Virus record (IMG/VR): IMGVR_UViG_3300030098_005088
Location: 1-53,806 of that record
From: a virus
Taxonomy: Duplodnaviria > Caudoviricetes
DNA length: 53,806 nucleotides
Direction: 5' to 3' (one strand)
The notes below the pieces were generated by a model. The model saw only the letters and a program-made list of their open reading frames with translations. It was not told where the DNA came from and made no database searches. This document shows, piece by piece, positions 27,743 to 39,300 of the stretch (position 1 is its first letter; the number at the start of each line of letters is the position of its first letter). Both the position numbers and the translations under genes were made by a program.

Positions 27743-29317
27743 ATGTCAGATATGCAAGCTAAATTTATGGATGCTTTAACAGGCTTTATGAATATGAAGT
27801 CTAGGGAATTTATGCAAGAAGATGCGCAAAAGCATGAAGTTCAAATGCTTGCTTTAGAAATAGCTCTAAATCAAAATACAAAACAAATAAATAGTCTTGA
27901 AACTGAGTATAAAACACTTATGACTGACTACAAGGATAGAGGTGGTAATCTTTCTGGATTAATGGAAATTAATACAACTGGGAATGCTGCTGTACTAGAT
28001 ACTCAGAATACGGAAAAAAGTGCTGAACTTTTAAATTCAGTTCTTCAGGAAAAAAATGCATATGGTCAACAGTTAACTAACGCTATTAACCAAATACAGG
28101 AAAGGCTTGAACAATTTGATGCTGTCGACAAGTTATTAATAGATGTGGAACCTGGAGAAGATAATATATTCACTAAAGAAGATTTTTGGCAAGGATTAGA
28201 AAAGAATTTAGCAAATCAATTAAAGAAAGATAATAACCTTCCTATCAATTTTGCAGTTAATGCTATGGGAATGGATATAACATCAGCAAAGCCTGGAGAA
28301 GAAGCTAAAACAATTAACTACTTAGATAATTATGTAGAGAATATGACTAGCGCTGAAGGTGTTGCTGCAAGGAACGATGTTCTTATAGATAGAGAAAGAA
28401 AGAAATTAGCTTTAGATAAAGCTCGTAAGGAATCAGTCGTTTGGAATGACTCTGAAACAAATATAGTTCAATGGGAAAAAGATGTTAAGAGATTAGACCA
28501 AGGCATAGGTTCAATAATTAATCCTTATTCTAAGTTAATTAAAGGACAGCAATCATTTAAAAACTACACTATGGCTAAATTTAAAAGAGTTCAGTATGAA
28601 CAAGATCAAGGTAGCGATATGACTACTGATATGCTTCAGAAAGATAAAATGTACCAACAATTACTTGGTGCAGAAGGAGCTGCATTACAATCCTTAGCAG
28701 ATCCTCTTGCATTAGCTTTAGGTACTAATAATACTCAAGTTGCAGGACAAGAACTTTTAGAATGGGTAGGATTAGCTGATGCAGGTAAAAGCTCAGTATA
28801 TGAAGGTATGGCAGGGGCATTAGAAGCAATGTATGCATATTATGATAAAATGGATGACAGCATGAAACCTCAGTATAGAAATGTAGTTCTTGCTAACTAT
28901 GGAATTGATTTATCTTCAGATGGATTTAAACAAAGCTTAGATATAGTAGGTCAATCTATGGTTGAAAGAGACAATAGAAGGAAAATGATACTGCAAGAAA
29001 CTATCAAGATGGGTAAAATTAATTCTAGTAATCCAGAGGCAGATATTGCTGAGTCTTGGTTCTTAGATACAATGGCTAAGAAAATGCCTGCTATACAAAT
29101 TACTATGTTAAATATATTAAAGAAATATGATTTGTATAAGGATATTACTCTTGATGATATAGATGCAGATGCTTTTCAGGCAGATTTATATAGTAAAATG
29201 AAATCAACAAATACTACGCCTGCTGAATTTGGTCCTCTATTAGAACAAATGCTAACTATGTTTCAATTAGATATAGAAAATGGCAAGGCTAAATATATAG
29301 GAGAAGGCAATGAGTAG
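27743..29317 (+). CDS. Putative internal virion / ejection protein
   Basis: AAGGAG SD; all-helical, no Cys; position. Confidence 0.6.
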   Translation: MSDMQAKFMDALTGFMNMKSREFMQEDAQKHEVQMLALEIALNQNTKQINSLETEYKTLMTDYKDRGGNLSGLMEINTTGNAAVLDTQNTEKSAELLNSVLQEKNAYGQQLTNAINQIQERLEQFDAVDKLLIDVEPGEDNIFTKEDFWQGLEKNLANQLKKDNNLPINFAVNAMGMDITSAKPGEEAKTINYLDNYVENMTSAEGVAARNDVLIDRERKKLALDKARKESVVWNDSETNIVQWEKDVKRLDQGIGSIINPYSKLIKGQQSFKNYTMAKFKRVQYEQDQGSDMTTDMLQKDKMYQQLLGAEGAALQSLADPLALALGTNNTQVAGQELLEWVGLADAGKSSVYEGMAGALEAMYAYYDKMDDSMKPQYRNVVLANYGIDLSSDGFKQSLDIVGQSMVERDNRRKMILQETIKMGKINSSNPEADIAESWFLDTMAKKMPAIQITMLNILKKYDLYKDITLDDIDADAFQADLYSKMKSTNTTPAEFGPLLEQMLTMFQLDIENGKAKYIGEGNE

Positions 29318-30350
29318 TTTTTTAATAAACACTATAGGCCGTTTTAATGCTCAAGGATATAGTGATGAATTGCTTGAGCTACAAGATGCCTCCACTATCA
29401 ATGAAGCTAAAGTAGATTTCTTAGTAAAAGAGGCAATTCAAAAAGGTTCTTCTAGAATTTTAGAATCTTCTGTAGCAGAATTAAGTCCCGCAGAACATAA
29501 TATGTTTACTAGCAAAGTAAAGGCTATAACTCAATTAAGAGAGAATCCTAGCTTTGTTTACTCGCAACAGAGGACAGGAGGCACTACGCTTACTAATAAT
29601 TATCATCCAGATTATACAGATGCTGAATATAGAGCGTTGTTTGATAACTATGATAAACTTTCTAACAAGATGTATGAGTATGATCAAAAAAACCTAGGTG
29701 GCTCAGGAGATGGATGGGAATATTTTAATAATTTGACATCTCAGCTTCAAACTGAAAAAAATATAGAAGCAAAGTTAGTTCAAAGAGAATCAGAGATACA
29801 TCAAGAATGGGTTTATGGAGAAGGTGCTACCAATCAATTGCAAGGATTTAAAAAAGGGGGACTTCCTGGAGCTATAGCAGACGTAGCAAGACTTGCAGTA
29901 TTTCCTTTTTATATGCTAGCTGACCTAGTTGAAAATGTAAAATATATTGGCGAAAGAGAGTATGATGAAGAAACAGATTTAGATGTATGGCATACTGCAG
30001 GACTTACTCCTGACCCATTAGAAGAATCGCCTAAATGGCAAGCATGGAAAACCGAGTGGAATGAGAATCAAGAAAGCATTAACAACACTGTCAATTTAAT
30101 ATCAGAAACCTTTTCTCCTACTATTGGAAATGAAGTAGAACAATTAGTTAATATTCAGACATCTATAGATAATAAAGGATTAGTACATTATAAGTACTTA
30201 GATGATGCATTAAATAATGCTGAAGAATATGGTTTAGAATTTAATGAAACTAGTGGATTATACGAGCTTAATCTCGAAATAGACAATATGAATCAAGTCC
30301 AATCTCTAGATACCGAGATTGATGACATTTTGAATAAATACAATAAGTAG
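29310..30350 (+). CDS. Putative internal virion protein
   Basis: Overlap with the previous gene; one hydrophobic segment. Confidence 0.55.
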   Translation: MSSFLINTIGRFNAQGYSDELLELQDASTINEAKVDFLVKEAIQKGSSRILESSVAELSPAEHNMFTSKVKAITQLRENPSFVYSQQRTGGTTLTNNYHPDYTDAEYRALFDNYDKLSNKMYEYDQKNLGGSGDGWEYFNNLTSQLQTEKNIEAKLVQRESEIHQEWVYGEGATNQLQGFKKGGLPGAIADVARLAVFPFYMLADLVENVKYIGEREYDEETDLDVWHTAGLTPDPLEESPKWQAWKTEWNENQESINNTVNLISETFSPTIGNEVEQLVNIQTSIDNKGLVHYKYLDDALNNAEEYGLEFNETSGLYELNLEIDNMNQVQSLDTEIDDILNKYNK

Positions 30351-30361
30351 CAAGGGGGCAA

Positions 30362-33300
30362 ATGAACTACGAAGAAGAGAATAGTCAATATGATTATTTA
30401 GCGAATCAACCATCTTATTTAGACCAACTTTCAGGGAATCAAGCTGGTGGAAGTTTAGAAGCATTAAAGCCTATTCAATATGATTCTATGCAGCAATGGA
30501 GAGTTTTTGACCCTCAAGGGTATCAGAGTGCGATAAGCCAACTTCAAGAAGAACAGGAACAATCTCAAGATCCTAATTATTTTTTAACAGACGATAAATA
30601 TATACCTGGAGTTTCAGACCTAACTACATTTGTAGGTAGTGCTTTATGGGGTGCTACTGAAGCTGTAAGCATGGGAGCTTTAACAGCACTAAATCAATCT
30701 TACAGAGGTGAAATAGGCAAGTCTTTTGGCTATGAGGCTTGGGAAAATGCAGCTGTATCAGGTAAAGCTGGATATTTAGCTGGAAGTATCCCTGCAAGTC
30801 TTTATACTTTAGGTTTAACAGGAAAAGGTTTAAGAGCTGCATCTGGGGCATTAGGAATTGGTCAAAAAACTTTAGCTAAATTTGGCGCAAAGCAAGTTGC
30901 AAAAGGAACTGATGATATACTATCTCAGGTAACTAAAGCAAGTGGAATGTCTGATGATGTTGCTACAGATGTATTTCAATTAGCTAATAAATCAATAAAA
31001 GAAGGAACAGACGAAGCTCTTGCTGCAGCTGAAACTTGGAAAACATCTAGTAGAATTAAAAAGAATCCTTTCGGAGATAGTGACTTACGGTTAGATATAC
31101 AAAATAGAACTAGGATTGCTATAAAAAGCAAGCTAGATGATATGGTAAAAGCTGGAGATGACGGAGCAGAATGGGCTGCAAAGGTGGGTGCAAATCCAAA
31201 TGCAATAGATAATATAGTTAATGAATCACTTAAACAAGCTCAGCAATATGGACATTTAGGAGCTGGGAACTTTTCAAGAGCTTTAGCTATTAAATTAGGA
31301 GATGGTAAGGCGGCTTCATATGTTGGAGATGCTGTTTATGAATCTATTCTACTAGCTACTCATTCAGCAGCTCATACAATTATAGGGAATTATAGTGCAG
31401 ATGCATTAGATTTATCTGAAGAAGAGTATCAGAGAAGAAGTTGGATGAAAGATGCCTTATTTAGTGCTGTTACTGGATGGTTCTTCCCTGCTGTTAGGAG
31501 GATAGGTGGAGGTAAAGATGTTCAAATAGCATGGGATGGTATGATACCTAGAGCCCAATCGGGATCTTTAAAAGATTTTCAGACAATGACTAAAGCTTTA
31601 TGGCAGAAACTTAACTCTCAACCAAAAGTTACATGGGATAACGCTGCTAAAACATTTGGAAAGGATAGTCAATTTACTCCTAAACAGGTTCAGACTATGC
31701 TAAGGAATATATATAATGCTAGTGGCAAAAGTGATGATGTTTTTAGAAATGCTGGTCCAGGTTTCAATATTTCCTTTTTAACCGATAGTAATGCTTTAAA
31801 TCATGCTAGTTCATTAAAAGCGTTGTATAATGCTTATAATTCAGTTACTAAAGATGCATTAAAGATAGCTGTCCCTATGATGAAAGAAATTGGAAAAGAT
31901 TTAACTCAATCAATGTTTAGAATGGTCCCTGGCACAGTAGTTATGAATGCTCATACATGGCATGAAACTGATTGGGATCACTATCCTGCAGACAAGATGG
32001 TAGTAGATGTTGTTACTGGTATGTTATTTATGAAAAGAAAACATAGAGCTCCAGGGGAAAAGTTGAAAGACTTTTATGGCTCAGGAGAATATACTGGTGC
32101 TGAACTTGCAAAATATGCTAAAACACTAGATATATTAAACTATGATAAAAAAACCTTAGATTATTACGCAGGAGTGTATAGCACTTTAGATGTAAATGAG
32201 CAACTGGCTAAGCAATTAGTAGGCAGAGCTAATAAATCTACTCAAGATAGAAGAGATTTAAGTGCTATGGTTGAAAAAGATAAGCTTAATAACATTAAAC
32301 TTGAAGAAGATATAACAACAAGAACTGCTAGAGGAGAAGATGTTAGAAGCTTTGAAGAGCATGGAGCATTAAATTATACTAAGAAAATACAAGAAGCTAA
32401 AAGATTAAGAGATCAAGGAAGAGATGCCGAAGCTAAGGCTATTGAACAGCAAGCAACTAAAGAATTAGCTGAATGGGATATAGCTAGAAAATTAGTAGCT
32501 TCTCTTGAATTAGGAGTAAGCAAAGAGTCAATCAGGCATATGACAGAGACTGAAGCTATAGACTTTATAAAAAAACTAAATTCTATTAAATGGAAAGGTA
32601 AAGAAGTTACTCATGAAAATGTAGATGATTTCTTAAGAGAAAGCAGAATAGCTGCAGTTAATGAAGTTACTGCTGATATACAAGGCTTAATGGAAGGTTA
32701 TATTAAAAATTCATTAAACGCTTTAGGTATGTGGAATGATGCTATGGTTCAAAAAGGGGGCCGTATTAACGTACATAAAGATGTTCTTGATGTTTTAGAT
32801 ATAGTTAATAAAGATATTAATCATGCAAAATCAGCAGAAGTACTAAAAGCAGTTCTTCATATGGCTGACAAGCTGAATATTATTAGGCTTGGAGAAGAGG
32901 GAATTAAATTTGAATCTTCAAGGAGAGAAAATCCTGTAGGTAAAGAAACTTTAGATTTACTTACTCAAGAATATAAAGCAGCTACTGACTTAATGCATGA
33001 TAAAGTGTTTAATGATGGCATGAGCAATTGGAGAAATGTAGTTCCAGGTAAAACTAAGGAAGGATTCTTAGATGTTAATATTCTAGCAGCAACTCCTATA
33101 TGGGATGCTATGCATACAAATATGCTTCATATGAGAAATGCTGTAGGATATGATTTAGTGACTGGCAGAAATCTAACTGGGATGAAGGATAACAGACTAG
33201 GAGAACTTCATGATAAAATAGACAGAGAACTGTATGAAGGGAATGCTAATGTAGCAATAAAAGATGTTCCTTCATCAAAAGATGTCCCTCATGTCCAAGA

Positions 33301-36300
33301 AGTTTTAGATTTTATAAATCATTACAATCAAGCAAGAAAGCTTACAGGAAGAGAAACAGGAACCAAAGAAATAGAATTTACGCAAGCAGAAAAATTCTTC
33401 CAAGAAGTAAAAGCTGAGACAGGTAGTATTTTCACGAATAAAGACCATTTTGCAGCCTTTAAAGACTATATGTACCAAGAGTACTTAACAGAAGTTACTG
33501 GAAGTGATTCTATTGGTAGAAGTTTGAGAAGAGCTGTGAATATGATTTTAGATAGAGATAATCCAATGGCTTTAAGGAATGATCAAAATGGAACTACTAC
33601 TATGCCTTCTTCTAAAGCATTAGAACAAGTGTTATTAGGAAATGTAAGTGAACAAGTAAGGCTTAGTGCTGCTCAAACTAAAGAAATTAGAGATTTAATA
33701 GAAATCTATAGACAGAATATTGAAAATACCCTAAAAGACAAAGGTAATATAATTAAGTTTTCAGATGATTTAATTTTGTCTGAAGCTTCTATATATACTA
33801 GAAAAGATTGGCAAAGACAGCTAACTAATATGGTAACCCAAATAGAAGGTGATAAGCTTTTTAGAATGGGTCATTTAATGAAGAATCTAGATATATTAAA
33901 AGGTTTAGTTGAGAATCCAATGTGGTCAGAAGTTGCTCATTACAAATCATTAAATGATATAGCAGCTAATAAGAAAGAAATAGAAGTTTTACAAAGAGAG
34001 TTTGCAGATTTAAGAATGAACACATTAAAGTTAGTAGAACTTATTTCTAATGCAGCTCAATATGGGGATGTTACTTTATTAAGAACAGCTTTAGACCAGC
34101 AGTTTAATTTAGAAAGAGCATTGGTTGAAGTGAATGAATTTACTGCCAATAAAAAAGCTTATGGCAGAGATACTACATTAGGCAGTCTAGCATCTCAGAT
34201 TGACGTAATGATAAAAGATATTATAAATAAAAGAAATGATAAACTAGGAATTGATAGCTATAATGATGTTCAGAAATTCATAGAAAGCCAGTCTGAGATA
34301 AATAGATATTCTGATAGTGCTGGTAGAATAGTAACTGAAAGACAAACAGTATCTGAGAATGTTTATTTAGATAGATACCAAGTAGGTGATAGAATGATGG
34401 ACATGCTTCGTGGTAATCTTAAATCTACATATGATAACTTTGATGGAGTTTCTGCAGCTGTTAAAGCTGTATTAAACAATCCTGCTATAAAAAATCAACC
34501 TTCACATATTAGAGAAGCTATACTTGAAAACTTAGATAAAATAGGATTAAATGAGCAGTCTTATATAACTCAAATTGTAGAGCCTCAATTAGCTCATCAT
34601 TGGAACGTAATTAAGAATACTAAGAAAGTTAAAGATGCTAACTTAACATATTCTCAATTTATCACTGATACATTTCAGTTGCTAACATCTAGTGGTGGTT
34701 CAAGTAGGATTCAAATAGCTACATATAAAGGTGGAGGTAAGTTAGATTTATCTACAGCTACTGTATCTAATTGGAATAAAGGATTCAATGCTCTTATTGA
34801 TGTATTTGGGTTTGATGCTTCGCCAGGTAGCTTTTTATTAGTTTCTCAAACACATGCAGCTCAAGGAAGATTAACTTCTAAATTAGATATGGCTACTATA
34901 GCTCAAATTAGAGCTGATTTGGGAGCGGGAATAGTCCCTAAGTTTAAAATGAGCGAACTATTAACTGCTGCAGAACAAAATGAACTTGCTAAGTTAATAT
35001 CTGGCAATGTCGTTGTTGGATCAGGTAGAAGAGGTGCTCCTCAGTATGGATTCTTTTCATTGGATTCTAAGACTATGGTTATGATTAATCATAATAAATA
35101 TAAAAGCATTATAGACCAATTTAGAAATCAAAACTCTGATGCTTACAATAGGTTTAAAGATGTATTGGGTCCTGAGACAGTAGAAGCATTCATAAGAGAT
35201 CATTTGAAGATAGATAAGGTTAATTTAACTAATCCTAACGAATCAGTAAATTCAGAGGTTATTGAAACTGTATTACGTGCAACAAGGCTTGCATTTGATA
35301 GACCTGACGTCTTAAGACAGTGGGCTAATGGAACTTTAGACCCTAATGATTTACCTAAAGTATTTAAATACTACAGCCTTTCTAGCCCTAAGAGTGGATT
35401 AGCATTAAATCAAAGAGTTTTAAAGCTAACAGATGCTTTTGTAGATAGAATGTTTGTAAATGACCCAGAATTAGTTCATATACGAGAGAAATACATGCAG
35501 CATAGGGTAGATGCACCTAAGCATAGAAAGTTCATAATATTTGATGAAAAAGACCCTAGCGGCAAAACTGGATTCTTTGATGCTTATACAAGGCATAGAG
35601 ATAGATTGGAAAGACAGCTTATTGAAGAATTTGGAATGTCTCCAGAAGTTGCTAAAGAAACAGCAACTAGGCTTGCAGAAAAAACTAAAGCTGAAAGCAA
35701 AAGTACTGTAGATGGTGAAGTATTTTTAAGCTTACCAGAAATGATATCAATGTTAGTGCCTAAAGGAGCTGACAAGAGTTGGTTCGTATGGGATAAAGGT
35801 GAAATAGTAGGATTTAATGTAGCTATTAAACCAGTAGTATCACATTCTGAAGTTAGCAAAAATGGTGCTATGACTGTAGTTATGGATAAAACAGCCTTTA
35901 AATTTGACCCAGTAATGGATAAAGCTATGAGAAACGCAGATGGTAAATATTGGACTGATTCAATAGCATTCAGGTCTGCTGTTAAAGTTGGTAAAAAATC
36001 TAATGGATGGGGACTTGAACCTACTGATATAGGAGTTGGAATTAAATTAGATACTCCTCTAGAGAAAGAATTAGGTGGAAGATTTAGTGATTGGAAAGAA
36101 GTTGTTGCAAAAGGGCTTGGAGCTTCTCCAAAAGGATTGATTAATCCTGGGATGGTAGAAGTAGATAGAGCTAACATATTGTTAAAATCTATCAGTGGCA
36201 AACATAAAGGATCAGTAAGTGTTGCTTATGGTAACTTTTTATCTAATGATGCTCAAAAAGTATTAGACAACTGGCTTGGAAGTACTGCTAATATATTTGA

Positions 36301-39300
36301 TTTAACTAGAAAGCTTTCTGTTATGAAAGATAATCCTTATGCATTACTACAAGTAGGTAGAGAAATGAGTAGAAATGAACTTCAGTCTGGAGATAGAAGT
36401 AGTAGACTTTCAGGTTTAGAGTTTATATTATCTGAAGGAGGATTACCTACATATGAATTCATGAGACCTCAAATAGAAAAATCATTAACATCATACTATA
36501 TGAATACTCAGAACTTTGTTAACGGTGAGATTAAGTTTGGAGGATATAATGTTATGACTGCAGGGTCAGGACTCTCTGATCCTATTAGGCATGCGGGGAT
36601 ACAAACTTCTTTTGGAGGCTCTGCTGTCCCTCATTTTACTGGGGAACAAGTAATAGGTCATATGTTAAGTTCGACTCATGCTGACGGAATTCCTTTAGTT
36701 ATGAAACTATCTAGTGCTAAGGCAAAAGAATTAAATAGAGTTTTAATAGATAAAATCAAAAAAACTGGTTTAAAGCTTGAAGTTGAAGATGCTAACTTTT
36801 TCGCTAAAGGTGAAGAGTATCTAGGCCTTCATTCTTTATCTGGAGATATGGTTACTGGTCCTATAATAGGTAAAATTAATAGAATTATATTAGATGGTAA
36901 CAGAACTACTAATAGGGAGATAGACCAAACATTTAGAAATAAAATAAATACAGCTGTAAGAGAAACTTTAATAGATGTTATAGCTAAAGATTATAGAGGA
37001 ATATTGAAGAATGCTTCAATTGAAATAGATAAAAGTAATATATCTTATAGTGATTTCGTTAAATACTTAGATAGAGGGTTTGATAAAAATCTAATTGAAA
37101 CCTCTGATCAATTAAACAGAGAATACAGAGTAAAGACAGGAAAGAATGCTAATTCAGGATATGCTGCCACTAAAACAGGATATGATGGTATCTTTGCGTC
37201 AGCTATAGACTTAAGAACTCCTAAAGATGGTATTAATAGCTGGGTAATTAGTAAAGTAGAAAAGATATTAGATAAAAGAAGAGGAGCTGTAAGTGAGATT
37301 AATCAAGCTGATGCGATAAATCCTCAAGATGCTGATTTCGATTTAGATAAAAGTGCTCAATTTACAACATCTCCATCTAAAGTAGTAGAAGAAATATATG
37401 GAGGTGCAGGTTATCACCAAAAGTCAAGTATAGAAATATTAAAGAAAGCTGGAATGGAACTTAAGATTGAAGGCCCAACATACGAGGTATATGTAAATGA
37501 AATGCTAGCACAATTAGACTCTCAAAGAGCTCCATTGGTTAGACAGCATTCAATAGCATCTTTTATTATGCAATACTTTTCTTCTGTTAATGAAGCGAGA
37601 ATGTACAATATATTAAAACCTGGATATAGAACGGGTGTTGACTTTACAGACGGGATAAGTAGAGTATCTAATAGCATACATGATACAGCAGTTATTTCAG
37701 AGTTTAAAGGATCTAATGACCAGTTATATAAAGTTTCCTTTAGAGAAGCTGGAGAATTTGTAGACTCTGTTCAGTTTATGAAAAGCATGATTAAAGAGAT
37801 GATTGATGTACATGGCTCACCTAAAGATTTAGGAGGTGTTAATACAAGAGATTTCTTTTGGTTTTCTAATAAAGTAGGCTTATTTAAAATACAGAAAAAA
37901 GACTTTAAATCAGGTAAATATGAAGAGATTAATTGGAATGATATGAGTGCTGATGTTAGAGCTGTTCAAAAAGGTTTATCAAAGCATGTAGTCAAACCTT
38001 TGAATGATATATTTAATTTAAAAAATGGAGTTGAGACCCTAAGCGACGGGTCAAGTAGAAAGCTTACTGTATATGATTATGTTAGTATTTTTAATAATGC
38101 TAAATGGGAGATGTCTAGATTAAAACCTTTTAAGGTATGGGACCCTACTCAGAAAAAAATGGTTTCTGTAACTCCTTATATGGACAGAAATAAAAGGCCT
38201 ATGTTAGAATCTTTTGCTAATGATATGCTTGCATTTTTAGGAGATGGTTGGTCTCAACGTAATGGAACAGCAAATCATCCTCTTATAAAAGGTTTAAATG
38301 AATTAAGCAAAGCTTTAGATAAGCAATTTACAGGAAGAGATATACAGAGAAATGACCTTCTTGCTAATTTAATAGAAGGTAAGATGCATCCTACCGATGA
38401 AGTAGTAAGCAAAGCATTAAAAGAATATGTTAGAGATGAACAAAGATGGGTAGAGCTATCTAGTGTAAGATGGGAAATAAATAGACTTTCAGATATATTA
38501 AATGATATGCAGGTTTTTAGACAAGATAAAACCAATGAATACGCTAAAAAACAGGCTAGACTAGAAAGACTTAGTAAAATTATGGATGCTGCAGAAACAG
38601 AATTTAATAACACATATATAGGCAAGGCAATTCCTAAAACAAAACGTGGAGGTTATTCAGCAACAGAAGTAACTAGAGTCTATAAGTTAAATGCTAATAA
38701 AGAAGTTATTGACTTTACAGATTATAGACCAGGAGAATTCATTAAGTTTAATAGAGGTGATGTTGTTATTGAAAATCCTAGAAGATATGTTATATCTGAC
38801 AATTTAGATCAAGACCATAGAAGAGCTATGTATAGAGCGTTTGGTAATAGGAATAAAGGAGTTTCAGAGTTTGATGCTTTCCATAAAAATGGTTATATTA
38901 GAGAGCTTAAAAGAGACCTATTTAGCAAAATTGGCGATTTAAATAAAAATAGCTCCGATCAAACTATTAGAGACAGTCAGTTTTATTCTGATATATCTGA
39001 GATGGAATTAAGTATCATGAGAGATGTTTATAATAAAGCTAAAATGAGAGGAGATGCATATGCTACTCAGTTCTTATGGAGCTTATTAACTCCTAAAGTA
39101 AATCAAAATGTAGTATCTATTATGAATTATGATGCTCATGCAAACTCTTATTTCAATTCTTTTTATTTCAACTCTAATAAAAGGTCTGAGAAATTAGTTG
39201 TTAGCTTTTTAAGTAGGGCTATGGAAGGTAAGGTTCCTGAGATATCTTCAAATGATGCGAGGAGTATCTTAAAAAACATAGATAAGAGAAAAAACTTAGC

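Noticed and set aside
35584-36201. 205-aa - strand ORF and other antisense ORFs in the track (e.g. 2502-2864, 5624-5920, 38275-38625, 45405-45734, 53364-53591)
   Set aside because: Shadow frames opposite well-supported genes, without SD or motifs
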